From: an uncultured cyanobacterium | Lineage (GTDB): Bacteria > Cyanobacteriota > Cyanobacteriia > Phormidesmidales > Phormidesmidaceae | Direction of reading: 5' to 3' | Assembly (NCBI GenBank): GCA_963793265.1 | Contig: CAWBZI010000002.1 | Span: 640,001 to 704,000 of the forward strand | DNA length: 64,000 nucleotides | Part shown: in pieces, positions 21,377-32,797 of the stretch | Layout: every line of letters starts with the position of its first letter | How positions within the stretch are numbered: the stretch's first letter is position 1 | Translations under genes and position numbers: made by a program | Notes under the pieces: generated by a model | Seen by the model: the letters and a program-made list of their open reading frames with translations, nothing else | Database searches by the model: none | What the model was told of the DNA's origin: nothing

Positions 21377-22299
21377 TACTTCTTTCGTCCTGGCACTGGC
21401 CCTCGCCGCCCTTTCTCATGAGCAGACGCCTGCAAAAACTCGTACAGATACCGCACGTGCACGTTGTCAGCCATCGCCTCTAGCTTGCTAATCGCCTCTT
21501 CGAGCGTTAGCCCTGCTCGATAGAGAATGCGAAAGGCCTCTCTCAATTCCTTATACACCTGCCCGCCGCCCTCTTGAGCGATACCCGAGCGGCGCAGCAG
21601 CACTTGATTGAGCCCGCGTACTCTAGAAGGATTGCCCTCGACCATCGTGTAGGGCGGTACGTCGCGCTCAATCCGGCTCATGCCGCCGACCATGGCATAG
21701 CGGCCGATGTGCACAAACTGGTGTACGCCGACTAGGCCGCTGAGCCTGGCGTGAGACTCGATTTCGACATGGCCTGCGAGGGCAACTGAGTTGGCAATGA
21801 TGACCCGATCGGCGATCGCACAGTTATGGGCCACATGCGCGTACGCCATAATCAAATTGTGGTTGCCCAGCCGCGTCACCTCACCGAGCCGCGTCGGCCG
21901 GTTGATGGTGACGCACTCGCGAATGGCGTTATCGTCACCAATTTCAACCAGGCTCATAGACCCGTCATACTTGAGATCTTGAGGTTCTAGGCCGATCGCG
22001 GCATGAGGGAAAATGCGGTTGCGATCGCCAATTTTAGTAAAGCCATCAATCACCGCATGAGCGCCAATACTGGTATCTGCGCCCACCGTCACCTTTTCGC
22101 CGATGACCGCGTAGGGGCCGATCGTAGCGCTAGGATGCACCTGAGCGCCGCTGTGAATCACAGCCGTCGGATGAATGAGAGTAGTAGTCAAAGCCGTGCC
22201 TCCAGCAGAGCCGCCGAATAATGAGGGCCCATAGCTGGGCATGTGAGCTGTCTGATGATTTGCCTTGTAAGCTGTCTGTGGCTGATTATTTTTAAGCAT
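21376..22299 (-). CDS. lpxA: UDP-N-acetylglucosamine O-acyltransferase
   Basis: Hexapeptide repeats, PQDLKY, HVAHNC, VHQFVHIG. Confidence 0.96.
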   Translation of the reverse strand: MLKNNQPQTAYKANHQTAHMPSYGPSLFGGSAGGTALTTTLIHPTAVIHSGAQVHPSATIGPYAVIGEKVTVGADTSIGAHAVIDGFTKIGDRNRIFPHAAIGLEPQDLKYDGSMSLVEIGDDNAIRECVTINRPTRLGEVTRLGNHNLIMAYAHVAHNCAIADRVIIANSVALAGHVEIESHARLSGLVGVHQFVHIGRYAMVGGMSRIERDVPPYTMVEGNPSRVRGLNQVLLRRSGIAQEGGGQVYKELREAFRILYRAGLTLEEAISKLEAMADNVHVRYLYEFLQASAHEKGRRGPVPGRKK

Positions 22300-22321
22300 A
22301 CAAATGGCATAGGGTGACCTT

Positions 22322-22903
22322 TTAATCCACCACCGAAAACATCAAAATGCCTTCGCAGGCCAGGTGTCCATCCACCGTCGCCCGAGACTTCATTTTGCCA
22401 AAGCGTAACGCTTTAATGGTCACTAGCTCAGTCGTAATTACCAGCTGATCACCTGGCACCACAGGTCGCCTGAATTTTACTTTGTCAATACCTGCGAACA
22501 CGCACAGCCGACCGTCTACACCCGGCACCTGGCTTAGCACAATGCCGCCGACCTGGGCCATCGCCTCAACAATCAGCACTCCTGGCATAATAGGCCGACC
22601 TGGAAAGTGGCCCTGAAAGTGTGGCTCATTAAACGAAACGTTTTTAATCCCAACGGCCTTCTCGCCAGCTACATACTCAATAATCCGATCTACCAGGGCA
22701 AAGGGATAGCGGTGCGGCAAAAGCTGTTGAATTTCTTCGAGCGTGTAGGTGACTTTGGTCACCTCAGCACTGTCTGTAGTGCTGTCTGTAACGCTGTCTA
22801 CAGCGCCTGTTGAAGCTGTTTTCTCGGCGGTACCTTTCTCTGTAGAAGTTGCAGGAGCAACGCTTTTTGAAGATGCGGTGGAAGCGGGAGCACGGGTCGG
22901 CAT
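22322..22903 (-). CDS. fabZ: 3-hydroxyacyl-ACP dehydratase
   Basis: [33 protein letters not shown]. Confidence 0.97.
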   Translation of the reverse strand: MPTRAPASTASSKSVAPATSTEKGTAEKTASTGAVDSVTDSTTDSAEVTKVTYTLEEIQQLLPHRYPFALVDRIIEYVAGEKAVGIKNVSFNEPHFQGHFPGRPIMPGVLIVEAMAQVGGIVLSQVPGVDGRLCVFAGIDKVKFRRPVVPGDQLVITTELVTIKALRFGKMKSRATVDGHLACEGILMFSVVD

Positions 22904-22980
22904 AAAAGTTAAGTCGTAGCGGCGCGGGGTCAGCGTTGTACAAAACCCTTTCCGATTTTGCCATTAGACGGTGCTTGACG

Positions 22981-23886
22981 CTACGAAGAAGTCGAAATTA
23001 GCTTTTTAGCGAGCGCTACGTGCAGCGCATGGCTAGCTTTGTAGGCAACATAATGAGCTGTTGGAATATCGCCCAGTAGGCTCAAATCACCAATTAAATC
23101 AAGCAGCTTGTGCCGCGCGGGTTCATTATCAAAGCGCAGCGGTGGATTTAGCCAGCCCTGCTCGCCGCAGACGAGAGCGTTTTCTAGGCTACCGCCTTTG
23201 ATCAGCCCTTGAGCCCGCAGATAGTCAATTTGGTGCGCTAGGCCGAACGTGCGAGCAGGCGCAATATCTACTGCAAAACTATCAGCCATATTGCCTTTTG
23301 CGCCTTCATTAGCAGCAGACCAGCTATGCCACTGGTTACCAATCGCGGCCAGATCGAAGTCAATACCGTAGGTAAAGCGCAGCTCGCTACTAGGGAAAGC
23401 GGTGACTAGCGCGTCTTCAGACTGTACGGAGATTGGCTGAGTTACGGCTAAAGGCGTTTGCCTGGAAGCTGACTGAGGCTGCGTGCCGGTAGCGGCGATC
23501 GCTACCATCCATTCCTTAGCCGAACCGTCCAACAGCGGCAGCTCTGGCCCATCTATCTCAATTCGCACATTATCAACGCCCGTAGCCACCAGGGCCGAAA
23601 GCAAATGCTCTACCGTCCTTACCTGCGCCTCGCCTACGCCTAGCTCAGTGGAAAGCTGCGTCTTGATCACGTTCGCAATCTCTGCGGCAATTTGCGGGCT
23701 ACCGGCTAGATCGGTACGGACAAAATATCGCCCTTCGCCGGGCTCAGCAGGCCGCAAGCGTACGGTGGTTTGCGCGCCTAAGTGCAGCCCAACGCCACTA
23801 GCGATCGCCTCACCAGCTAAGGTGTGCTGCACCGCACCTTTGCCCGCTGAGGCTTCAGGCGCATTAACTAATAAAGCGTCTGCCAT
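22981..23886 (-). CDS. lpxC: UDP-3-O-acyl-GlcNAc deacetylase
   Basis: [24 protein letters not shown]. Confidence 0.97.
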   Translation of the reverse strand: MADALLVNAPEASAGKGAVQHTLAGEAIASGVGLHLGAQTTVRLRPAEPGEGRYFVRTDLAGSPQIAAEIANVIKTQLSTELGVGEAQVRTVEHLLSALVATGVDNVRIEIDGPELPLLDGSAKEWMVAIAATGTQPQSASRQTPLAVTQPISVQSEDALVTAFPSSELRFTYGIDFDLAAIGNQWHSWSAANEGAKGNMADSFAVDIAPARTFGLAHQIDYLRAQGLIKGGSLENALVCGEQGWLNPPLRFDNEPARHKLLDLIGDLSLLGDIPTAHYVAYKASHALHVALAKKLISTSS

Positions 23887-26366
23887 TAGAACCGTTCTCC
23901 AAAGCCAAAGTGAAAGCGACTGCCCTCTTCACTCAAACCATAGTCTAATCGTAGTGCGCCCAGCGGTGTTTGCACTCGAACACCCGCACCATAGCCGAAG
24001 CCACTGCCGTCCTTACCGCGATCGCCCGCTGGGTCGCCCGGCACGTTATCACCTGTGCCCAAGTCAGTACCGTAGTCTGCAAACAGTGCGCCATTCAAAA
24101 ACTCAGTAAATAGCGGAAAGCGATACTCTGCCGTTGCGAGCACAAACGATGTACCTGCGCCAACTTCGCCCTCTTCAAAGCCACGAACTGAATTACCACC
24201 GCCCAGCGGAAAAGCCTCATAGGGTGGAATTTCACCAATTGCCGTACCACCTTGCAAATTAAAGGCAAGCGTTTCACCGCGATCCGAATTGAAGAAGTTG
24301 ACCGGCACATACTGACTATAGCTAGCAGTCAGTTTGTTGTAGAAAATGCTGCCGCTACCAACGGGCACCGACTGCTCTGTCCCCAAACGAAGTAAACTAC
24401 CGCTGGTTGGCGCTAGCGCATTGTTTCGTCTATCTAGTACCGCACCAAACTGCACCGTGAACAAATCATCTCGCCCGCTAGAGCTAGCCGTCAGCGGATT
24501 GCCTGCCGCATCAACTGCGTTCACATCACCGTCAGAATCTAGTACAGCAACGCGCTCATACTGCGTTCCTAAAGACAGCGACAAGCCATTGTCTAGCGGG
24601 CGAGAGAAGCTAATACCCGTACCCAAGCGGTTGATTCTGGGCGTATCGCCCGCATCCAAATCGTCGGGGTTATCAGGATCAGGCAGGTCAATTTCTGTAT
24701 CGCCACCATCAAAAATTAGCGAGGTTGAGCGGCGGTTGAATAAGCTTGTGGTGTAGGAGGTTCGGTAGGGATCGCCTGCAATCCAAGGATCAGTGAAGCC
24801 AATGTCGAACAGAAAGTCGCCTCGGGTGGTGACGCGGCCTTCAGTTCTGAGCTTTTGGTTGTTGCCGCCAAAGTTGTCTTCGTTATAGCTAAGCTGACCA
24901 AACAAATCGCCGCGTAAGTTAAAGCCCAAAGATGCACCGATAGAGCCCGTGTCGCGTTCAGCGACGCTGACAATTAGCTTTACCTTACGCGGGTCTTCGT
25001 CACCGGGGTCAAACGAAAGCCGAATATCTTCAAAAATGCCTAAGCCAAAGGCATTACCCACATCTCTTTGAATATCTTGTTCTCTAAACACGTCGCCTGG
25101 CTCAGTTTCAAACTCACGAGTGACAATAAAGTCGCGGGTTTTACCCCCGATCGGATCGCCATCTTCATCAGTGGTATTACCATCAGGGTCAATAAAGCGC
25201 ACCTCAATCGACTCAATTTCACCTTCTGCGACAATCAGCGTCACTTCACCGTCCTCAGAAATCTGCGGTGCAGCCGTCACCTGAGCGAGCACATAGCCAT
25301 TTTCTTGATACCAGTCATTCAAGTCCAGCACGGCATCTTGAAAATTGCGCAGGTTCAAAGTTTCGTTATACTGATCGCCAAAAATCTCATCGATTGTCTC
25401 GTCGGTAAGCACCTGACGATTGCGTACGTCTACATTGGTCAATACCGGGTTAGGTTCTACAAAGTAGGTGACCTTCACACCCAGAGGCGTATCTTCAGGC
25501 TCAGCGCGGACGTTTGAGAAAAAGCCGGTGCTAAAAATGCTGTTGATGTCCGTTTGAAGCTGAGTGCGCGTCGTGGTTCTACCGGGCACGGTGCCGACCG
25601 AGCGATATACCGCGTCAATGAGTTCGTCGGTCAGAGGTCGCTCGTTGCTCGAAACGACATCGACTTCAGAGACTAAAACGCGAGTTTCGGCAGGCGCTTC
25701 GCTTTCCTCTGTATCGGGCGCTTGACCAGGTGCCTGATTGGGCGCTTGATTGGGCGTATCGCTATCAGGCACCGGAATCGCGTTATTTGGAACAGAAGGC
25801 GTAGGCGGCTGTTCTATTTGAATATCGACTTCGCCGTCATCTGGATTGATCTCGTCGCCAAACTCTTCTTCAAGCTCGTCGTCTATTGGCCCTTCATTCA
25901 CATCTGGGTTGAGCGGATCGTCAAGCAGAACGTCGTCTGTCGAGTCATCATCATTGGCCTCGATTCCTGAGTCTTCGTCGGTATCATCAATTTGAATTTC
26001 AATATCTGGCTCCTGCCGCCTTTCTATCTGTCGGTCAGCAGGCGGCACTGGCAGCACAGGGTTACCCACAGGCGAGCTTTCTGCCTGCGCGGTCTGAACG
26101 GGCTCAAGCGCGGTTGCTGGCGGTTGCTTAGAGGCACCTTGGAGCAGCCTGGATAAAGACACCGTAGGCTCTAGATGCTGCTCCACCATCGGCTCTAAGC
26201 GAGTCCCTTCTGAAGCGGGTGCTGCTTGAGCGAGATGAAGCGTGGCTTCATCTGTATGAGATATATTAGAGGTGCTAGCGGCCTCAGAAGATTCAGCCGC
26301 TTGGCTTGGTAAACCTGCGATCGCAACCAAACTACAGCAGGCCAACAGAGCCGGGGAAACACGCAT
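23886..26366 (-). CDS. bamA: BamA/Omp85 outer membrane protein
   Basis: Signal peptide, acidic Pro-rich N-terminus, POTRA region, SVRGF motif, C-terminal FGFGERF. Confidence 0.93.
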   Translation of the reverse strand: MRVSPALLACCSLVAIAGLPSQAAESSEAASTSNISHTDEATLHLAQAAPASEGTRLEPMVEQHLEPTVSLSRLLQGASKQPPATALEPVQTAQAESSPVGNPVLPVPPADRQIERRQEPDIEIQIDDTDEDSGIEANDDDSTDDVLLDDPLNPDVNEGPIDDELEEEFGDEINPDDGEVDIQIEQPPTPSVPNNAIPVPDSDTPNQAPNQAPGQAPDTEESEAPAETRVLVSEVDVVSSNERPLTDELIDAVYRSVGTVPGRTTTRTQLQTDINSIFSTGFFSNVRAEPEDTPLGVKVTYFVEPNPVLTNVDVRNRQVLTDETIDEIFGDQYNETLNLRNFQDAVLDLNDWYQENGYVLAQVTAAPQISEDGEVTLIVAEGEIESIEVRFIDPDGNTTDEDGDPIGGKTRDFIVTREFETEPGDVFREQDIQRDVGNAFGLGIFEDIRLSFDPGDEDPRKVKLIVSVAERDTGSIGASLGFNLRGDLFGQLSYNEDNFGGNNQKLRTEGRVTTRGDFLFDIGFTDPWIAGDPYRTSYTTSLFNRRSTSLIFDGGDTEIDLPDPDNPDDLDAGDTPRINRLGTGISFSRPLDNGLSLSLGTQYERVAVLDSDGDVNAVDAAGNPLTASSSGRDDLFTVQFGAVLDRRNNALAPTSGSLLRLGTEQSVPVGSGSIFYNKLTASYSQYVPVNFFNSDRGETLAFNLQGGTAIGEIPPYEAFPLGGGNSVRGFEEGEVGAGTSFVLATAEYRFPLFTEFLNGALFADYGTDLGTGDNVPGDPAGDRGKDGSGFGYGAGVRVQTPLGALRLDYGLSEEGSRFHFGFGERF

Positions 26367-26625
26367 AACCAGTAAATCCTTTATTAAGTCCACTTCCTCA
26401 CCACACCTTCGTCATGCACTTTCGCGCGCTATCACGGAGTTTTGCACCTCAAGGTGCGCCTATCCGAGGCCAAAACAGCCTGGAATAGATTAATTTCAAT
26501 CGATACTACCGCACTGCTGAGCGCACCATGAAAATTCACTGTGCCAGAACTGAAGCCTGCACTTGCGTATTGAAAATTAGCTCAACTCAGTAGCTTTTTG
26601 GCTAGGCACGTATACAAGGCTACCG

Positions 26626-27372
26626 TTATTTTTCCGTAAGCTGGCTCAATATCCGATCAAGCACGGCCTGATAGCCTGCGGCCACGTCGCCCAAATCTTG
26701 CCGAAAGCGATCCTTGTCCATCACTCGTTTGCGCTCGTCAGCTTCAGTCGCATCCCATAGGCGACAGGTGTCGGGGCTAATTTCATCGGCGAGCAGTAGG
26801 GTGCCTTGCTGATCGACACCGAACTCTAGTTTGAAGTCAACGAGCGTAATATCGCAGCTTGCAAAGAACTCACTGAGTACGCTGTTCACCGTTTGGGCTT
26901 TGCTGACGAGCTGATCGAGCTGTTCGGCGGGGGCAATATTCATGGCAAAGATGCGATCGCGCGTCAGCAGTGGATCGCCCAAATCATCATTCTTGTAGTA
27001 AAACTCCACCAGGGACGGTTCCAGCTTTGTCCCTAGCGCAATCCCCGTTTGCTTACAAAGGCTACCGGCAGCGATATTGCGCACCACGACTTCTAGCGGC
27101 ACGATATCGACACGCTTTACGCGCATCGTGCGATCGCCAGTCGTTTCTAACAGATGAGTCGCAACCCCCTTTCTCTCTAACAGCCTGTATAAGTGCGTCG
27201 TCACCTTGCAGTTAATCACACCCTTATTTACAATCTGCCCTTTCTTCTGCGCATTAAAGGCCGTTGCATCATCCTTAAAGTAGGTCACTAAAACCTCTGG
27301 ATCATCTGTGGCGTAGATGATTTTGGCCTTGCCTTCGTACAGCTTGCGGTCTTCTTGTAAGGCGTCAGTCAT
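26626..27372 (-). CDS. purC: SAICAR synthetase
   Basis: LYEGKAK, VDFKLEFG, ADEISPDTCRLWD, DKDRFR; start at ATG 27372. Confidence 0.97.
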   Translation of the reverse strand: MTDALQEDRKLYEGKAKIIYATDDPEVLVTYFKDDATAFNAQKKGQIVNKGVINCKVTTHLYRLLERKGVATHLLETTGDRTMRVKRVDIVPLEVVVRNIAAGSLCKQTGIALGTKLEPSLVEFYYKNDDLGDPLLTRDRIFAMNIAPAEQLDQLVSKAQTVNSVLSEFFASCDITLVDFKLEFGVDQQGTLLLADEISPDTCRLWDATEADERKRVMDKDRFRQDLGDVAAGYQAVLDRILSQLTEK

Positions 27373-27652
27373 GGGGCAGCTAAAAATAAATGAGAGCAAC
27401 CTGCCCATTATTACGGCAAACCACGGCAACAACACAACTTTCGTGATGTCACTTGCAAAAACGCTCTTCGCACAAGTGACTAGGCGAACAGTCAGTCCAT
27501 AATTTCTTTCGTGGTTAGCGTAACTTTTTGAGCAAAGGGAGGCACAGGTAGCGGCGCTACAGTTCCTCACGAGTCGAAGGCGGTTGTCGAGGCCGACATA
27601 AAAGAAAAATTCCTCATGCTCGCATTCATAGCTTTGATGATGTTGCGAGTGA

Positions 27653-27955
27653 TTAAGCGACCTTTTGGTCGGCGCTGGTGAACTTCATGCCAATGCCCAT
27701 TGCCCGCAATACACAGAGCAGACTCGACAGTGTTGGATTACCATCTCCTGAGAGCATCTTGTACATACTTTGTCGATTGAGATCAGTGATGTTAGCGAGT
27801 ACACCTATGCCACCATGTGCTTCAGCAACATTCCTCAATGCCAATAAAAACTCATCTGTAGATTTCTCTTCAATCGCCGCTGAAAGGTACTCAGCAGCTA
27901 TTTCTGGATCTTGCAACTGTTCAAACAAAAATTCGCTGTAGTTCTTAGTTGACAT
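27653..27955 (-). CDS. addiction module antidote protein (HI1420-like HTH)
   Basis: AAEYLSAAIEE...FLLALRNVAEAHGG...RQSMYKMLSGDGNPTLSSL. Confidence 0.9.
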   Translation of the reverse strand: MSTKNYSEFLFEQLQDPEIAAEYLSAAIEEKSTDEFLLALRNVAEAHGGIGVLANITDLNRQSMYKMLSGDGNPTLSSLLCVLRAMGIGMKFTSADQKVA

Positions 27956-28281
27956 TTTCTTGATACTCCTTCTAGTATTGGTGAGCGATAACAATATCTT
28001 TTTTCTGAGAACTTTTGTCTCCGGCACTCAAGAGGATAACTAGCTGCTCGTTAGCAATTCCAAAGTAAACACGATAGCCAGGGCCGCACTGAACACGCAG
28101 CTCATAGACGCCATTACCAACACTGCGACAGTTGCCAAAGTTCCCGAGTCGAACGCGGTCAATTCGCTGAAGAATTCGAGCGATCGCACGTTATGTCTTT
28201 GAGATTTTGAAGCCAGTCCTCAAAAGGAATTTTGCCTTCTAGCGTTTCGTAACTCTCAACAGTTCTTAGTACAGCATCCAT
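27945..28281 (-). pseudogene. RelE-like addiction module killer (HI1419-like), frameshifted with a premature stop
   Basis: MDAVLRTVESYETLEGKIPFEDWLQNLKDI / +1 shift near 28191 / RAIARILQRIDRVRLGNFGNCRSVGNGVYELRVQCGPGYRVYF...HQY*KEY; TAG at 27972-27974. Confidence 0.88.
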
Positions 28282-28316
28282 AGCAACAGTGTCGCATGAA
28301 TACGACACTGTTGCTA
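28281..28316. promoter_or_regulatory. 14-bp perfect inverted repeat, probable TA operator
   Basis: TAGCAACAGTGTCG-catgaata-CGACACTGTTGCTA abutting the toxin ATG. Confidence 0.65.
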
Positions 28317-28367
28317 AGAGTTTGATTGTGTAAGCGATGGTCTTTTAACTAAAACGTTCCTCACCGC

Positions 28368-30971
28368 TTACTTCGTCGTCATCACATGTACACCATCCCA
28401 GTCAGCAGCGAGCGGGCGCTGAATATATTCCTGTGCCCGTTCCAAATGCAGGGAAACCGCTAAGTCGTCAGGCCGCATGGCTAAGGCTGCGTCAAAGCAG
28501 GAAATAGCAAGGTGGAAGGATTTAGCTTTGTAGGCTTCGCGGCCTTGGGTGTAAAGATCTAGGAAATTTTCGGTGTCTGAAGAGAGCGGGTGGGCGCGAT
28601 CGCCTATCAGCTCATAAATTTTCACCGGCTTCAGTTTCCCTTTCACCCGAATCAAATCCAGCTCGCGCACCCAAATCTTGTCATGGCAAAGCTCATACGT
28701 ATGCTCGCTGAGCACAATATCACAGCCGTACTGCTTGGTAATACTCTCTAGCCGAGCGCTCAAGTTCACCCCATCGCCAATCACGGTATAGTCCATTTTG
28801 CGCTGAGAGCCAATATTTCCTGATACCACTTCTCCCGAGCTAAGACCAATCCCAATTCGCAGCTCAGGCTGTCCTTTTTCGCGACGATCGCGGTTGAACA
28901 CCACTAGACGCTGCCGCATATCCAGCGCCGACTTCACCCCCGACCAGGCATGGTTACTCAATGGCAGCGGCGCGCCAAACACCGCCATCAGCGCATCGCC
29001 AATAAACTTGTCCAACGTGCCTTCACAGTGAAACACCGACTCCACCATCGTCTCGAAATATTCATTCAGCATAGACACCACATCCGAAGCCTCTAGCGCC
29101 TCGGTCAAGGTGGTATAGCCGCGAATATCAGAAAACAGCACTGTCACATCCTTACGCTCACCCACCATCAGCACGTCTTCACCTAAAGCCATCACCCGCT
29201 CAGCCACACTCGGCGTCATATACCGATACAGCGTCGTCTTCATCCGCTTCTCCTGACTAATATCTTCCAATACCACCAGGCCCCCACGCACACCCCCATT
29301 CGGATCGCTCAACGGACTTACCGTTAGGTTAATACTTCGGTTCCAACCCATCACCGACTCAGGCGCGTATAGCCGATCGCCCGAGCCCCATAGCAAATAC
29401 TCATCGCCATCTGGCACTACTAGCACACACTGCTCAGGCATCGAACGTCTGCTATATTCAGCCACCTGCACTTCAGCCGGATAGCTCAGCGCGGTCGAAG
29501 CGACAGTTACCGTCAAAGACTGCTCGGGTACATAGTGACGCGCCCCGCTTTGCAGACTATCCTCTAGTCGAAATCTCAGTTGCTCTAAAGGCAGCACATC
29601 CCAAAGGCACCGACCGAGCAAAGCTTCATGCCAAAGGCGGCCGACAACGCCGTTTATACGCTGCTCTGCATCCTCATTGACACCCGGCCCCAAATCAGTA
29701 AAGTCCCCAGTTGGACAGCCTAACAGCTTCAGCGCAGCCTCGTTAATGGTGACAATTCGCCCGGCCATATCGGTTGAAATTACGGCATCAGAAAGACTCT
29801 CTAAAATGTCTTTTTGGTATTGTTTTTCTAACGAAATCTCTTGGAATAGCTGAGCGTTTTCTAACGCAATACCGGCTTGCGTATTAAACGCTCGCATGAA
29901 AGATTCGTCTAGCTGCGTAAACTGCCCCTGCACTTTGTTAATGAGCTGGCTTACGCCAATCAGCTTGCCGCCAGAGTTAAACACGGGCATACACAAAATA
30001 TTGCGTGTTCGATAGCCTGTCTTCAAGTCAGATGATACGTCGAAGCGCGCGTCGCGATAGGCATCTAAAATGTTCAGCGTCTCGGCAGTGGTGGCTACAT
30101 GTCCCACAATTCCTTTATCAGCAGGCAGTCGCAAATTAATCAGCCGACCACCATCAGCGCTTTGCACCTGCGACCACAGCTCGTTTTTGGCCTCGTCTAT
30201 TAGCCAAAGGGTACTTCTGTCGGCCTGCATCAGATTACGCGCAGCGGCCATCACCGATTGCAGCGTCACGGTTAAGTTCAGGCTTTGCTCCATTGAAGAG
30301 ATGGCTTTGAGCAGTGCGGCTACGCCTTTTTGGTTACGCGCGGCCCGGTAAAAAGACTGGCAGCTTTCGAGTAAAACACCGATAGAGGGTGCGAACCTGG
30401 CAAAGCGGGCTTCGTCATCAGCCGAGAAGGGAGCGGTGCCGACTTTGTTGAGGAGCTGAGCGATCGCAACCACCCTTTGCTCACTATCCACCACCGGCAT
30501 ACACAAAATATTGCGTGTCCGATAGCCGGTCTGCCGGTCTGTAGCATCGCTAAACCGCGAGTCTGCATAGGCATCAGGAATATTAAGCACCTGCCCTGTT
30601 GTTGCCACAAAACCAGCGATCCCTTTATTCAACGGCAGCCTAATTTCCAGTCCGCCTGTGCCACCTGTGCCCTGTGCCACCTTACTCCACAGCTCCTGCC
30701 GGTCTTCATCCACTACAAAGATCGTCGTACGATCTGCCTGCAAAATCTGACCTATTTTGAGCGTAAACGTCTCTAACAGCTCATCTAGCATTGGCTCTAG
30801 CGACTGATTATTGATTAAGTCAATCACCTTGAGAAATTGCTTAAAATCGCGAGTTGTTCGCTCTAGAAAGTGAATGAAATCAGGAATCGAGAGATCTTCA
30901 ACCCGCTCAGCCAAACGGCCATGGTTTTGCTGAGAAAGGGCCGAGAAAACACTGCTTGTTGACTGAGCCAT
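28368..30971 (-). CDS. GAF-GAF-PAS class III adenylate cyclase (CyaB-like)
   Basis: Two GAFs (TGYRTRNILCMP, NK motif), PAS (ISTDMAGRIVTIN), catalytic FSDIRGYT, DKFIGD, YTVIGDGVNLSARLE. Confidence 0.93.
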   Translation of the reverse strand: MAQSTSSVFSALSQQNHGRLAERVEDLSIPDFIHFLERTTRDFKQFLKVIDLINNQSLEPMLDELLETFTLKIGQILQADRTTIFVVDEDRQELWSKVAQGTGGTGGLEIRLPLNKGIAGFVATTGQVLNIPDAYADSRFSDATDRQTGYRTRNILCMPVVDSEQRVVAIAQLLNKVGTAPFSADDEARFARFAPSIGVLLESCQSFYRAARNQKGVAALLKAISSMEQSLNLTVTLQSVMAAARNLMQADRSTLWLIDEAKNELWSQVQSADGGRLINLRLPADKGIVGHVATTAETLNILDAYRDARFDVSSDLKTGYRTRNILCMPVFNSGGKLIGVSQLINKVQGQFTQLDESFMRAFNTQAGIALENAQLFQEISLEKQYQKDILESLSDAVISTDMAGRIVTINEAALKLLGCPTGDFTDLGPGVNEDAEQRINGVVGRLWHEALLGRCLWDVLPLEQLRFRLEDSLQSGARHYVPEQSLTVTVASTALSYPAEVQVAEYSRRSMPEQCVLVVPDGDEYLLWGSGDRLYAPESVMGWNRSINLTVSPLSDPNGGVRGGLVVLEDISQEKRMKTTLYRYMTPSVAERVMALGEDVLMVGERKDVTVLFSDIRGYTTLTEALEASDVVSMLNEYFETMVESVFHCEGTLDKFIGDALMAVFGAPLPLSNHAWSGVKSALDMRQRLVVFNRDRREKGQPELRIGIGLSSGEVVSGNIGSQRKMDYTVIGDGVNLSARLESITKQYGCDIVLSEHTYELCHDKIWVRELDLIRVKGKLKPVKIYELIGDRAHPLSSDTENFLDLYTQGREAYKAKSFHLAISCFDAALAMRPDDLAVSLHLERAQEYIQRPLAADWDGVHVMTTK

Positions 30972-31170
30972 GATTGCTATTTTTAACCGAAGAGGGTAGG
31001 CACCACATCAAGTATTCCCGTTAAGTCCAGCTCGCTTTCCTTTCAGCTCAAGCGATTGTAGGGACATTGGGATCTAGATACTCGGTTATAAAACTGGCAT
31101 TATCTTTGCGTAATTCTTGTCCCGTCAGCTGATGATATTTTAGAAACCGTTGCTCTTAAGAGATAATGCT

Positions 31171-32055
31171 ATGCGTCTTGCTTTTATCAAACGATCTGTT
31201 CCTGTGCTGGTAGCTGTTGCGATCGCAGGCTGTAATTCTGCGCCTGAAAGCACGACCGTAGATTCTGTTGATACTAACAGTACAACTGATACAACAGAAA
31301 TAGACAAAGACTCGAAGGTAGAGGGTGATCGCGCTCAAAAGCCTACAGAGCAGCCTAAGAGCACTCCAAAGTACGTTTCTCCCTCGCTACAGCCCGGCAC
31401 ATACTGCTACGAAACTAGCGATGAGATTGAAGATATTTCGGTGCGATTGGTGGTTGATAGTAGCGATCGCATCACCGGAAACGTACAAGGCACCATCCAC
31501 AACGAAGAAGCCGGTTACTACACAAGCTATCGCCAGGCAGTAACCGGCACTATCGACGGCAGCAACCTCAATGTAGATATTGCAACCTGGATTGAATACG
31601 ACAAGCAAAACGCTCAGGAAACTTGGAGCGCCAGTCCGACAGCACTCACGATGAGAGATGACACGCTTGCTAAAGCGAGCTGTGAGAAGGTGAGCAAAGT
31701 CTTTCAGAACGAAAATGGCTTGGAGGCTAAAGACTTAACACAGAGCGCTAATAATGTGCGAACAGAACAGGTTTACTTTTCTCAAGGAAAGAGTGGAACG
31801 ACGGTGAGCAATGCTGTGGTGAGGGGCGATCGCGATGTGTACGTGCTCACGGCTCAGGGCGGTCAACAGATGGATCTCTCTATCACTTCGCTAGAAGACA
31901 ACGCCGTATTTGATGTTATTGATCCTAGCGGTATTATTTTAGGAACAGAGATGACGAAAGAGACTGTGTTTTTGCCGCATACGGGAGACTATGAAATTAT
32001 TGTGGGTGGGACGAGAGGAAATGCGACTTATGAACTGGCGATCGCGATAGACTAG
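31171..32055 (+). CDS. lipoprotein with a C-terminal PPC-like beta domain
   Basis: Lipobox AIAGC; C-terminal RDVYVLTAQGGQQM...LPHTGDYEIIVG. Confidence 0.75.
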   Translation: MRLAFIKRSVPVLVAVAIAGCNSAPESTTVDSVDTNSTTDTTEIDKDSKVEGDRAQKPTEQPKSTPKYVSPSLQPGTYCYETSDEIEDISVRLVVDSSDRITGNVQGTIHNEEAGYYTSYRQAVTGTIDGSNLNVDIATWIEYDKQNAQETWSASPTALTMRDDTLAKASCEKVSKVFQNENGLEAKDLTQSANNVRTEQVYFSQGKSGTTVSNAVVRGDRDVYVLTAQGGQQMDLSITSLEDNAVFDVIDPSGIILGTEMTKETVFLPHTGDYEIIVGGTRGNATYELAIAID

Positions 32056-32101
32056 CCAAATCAACAATGTTCTATCACCATCAACAACCTATCAACAAAC
32101 C

Positions 32102-32126
32102 GTAGGGGCGTAAGGCTTTACGCCCT
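32102..32126 (+). repeat. REP-like GTAG-headed palindrome
   Basis: GTAG-GGGCGTAA-ggct-TTACGCCC-T between convergent genes. Confidence 0.6.
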
Positions 32127-32153
32127 CCGGCCCTCCGGGGCAATAATCCGCGC

Positions 32154-32666
32154 CTACACACCAACCAACTCCGTATAGCCCTGAATATTCTCAGGCTCAA
32201 ACTGTCGCAATACCCGAGTAGCCTCACGAATTAGATCTTCAGTGCCCTCAACAATAATCAAGTACTTCCCTTCATTCAAACGATTGCGATAGGGTAGCGC
32301 ATCACCACTACCTACGGTTAAACCAACGCCACCACCCACTAGGTAAGCACCCAAACCGCCCGAGGCCGCACCTAAAATACCGCCAAAAATATGACTGCCC
32401 AAATCACCAATCGGCAGCACATTAATTCCGGTCAGCACGTTAAACGCATAGCCCGCCACAAAGCCAAACGGCACCAGCCAATAGGCCAGCCGACTTGCGC
32501 CCTTCTCAGCCTGCTTATTCGGGTTGATCAGGCCATATTCGTCAGCGCTCTTGAAGCCTCGCCCCAAAATATCAATGCGATCCTTATCAACGCCTTCTTT
32601 CTCCAACGCAGTATAAGCTGCCTCAGCCTGCATTCTAGTCGGTAGCACTGCCACTAAGTAACTCAT
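32154..32666 (-). CDS. conserved cyanobacterial membrane protein
   Basis: 170-aa ORF with a Gly-rich TM hairpin, ALPYRNRLNEGKYLIIV. Confidence 0.8.
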   Translation of the reverse strand: MSYLVAVLPTRMQAEAAYTALEKEGVDKDRIDILGRGFKSADEYGLINPNKQAEKGASRLAYWLVPFGFVAGYAFNVLTGINVLPIGDLGSHIFGGILGAASGGLGAYLVGGGVGLTVGSGDALPYRNRLNEGKYLIIVEGTEDLIREATRVLRQFEPENIQGYTELVGV

Positions 32667-32797
32667 ATAATTTTCTCCGAATTTGTTTAACGTGGTACCT
32701 TTTATCGTAAGTAAGGTACGCAGCGTTCAACCTCTTGCTAGAGAATGGTTTCGTAAAGTGAAGTCAGCATGAACATTATTACGCGGAAGCTTACGCT

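Noticed and set aside
23483..24109. 208-aa plus-strand ORF and similar antisense ORFs (7744..8316, 48062..48598, 50828..51487, 52300..52890)
   Set aside because: Shadow or alternate frames overlapping well-supported genes, with no motifs
27448..27480. Hairpin GTCACTTG...CAAGTGAC upstream of purC as a riboswitch
   Set aside because: Only an 8-bp stem, with no purine or ZTP riboswitch consensus recognised
27653..28027. 124-aa ORF-track start for the antitoxin
   Set aside because: The extension is an alternate frame of the toxin pseudogene; ATG 27955 fits the family
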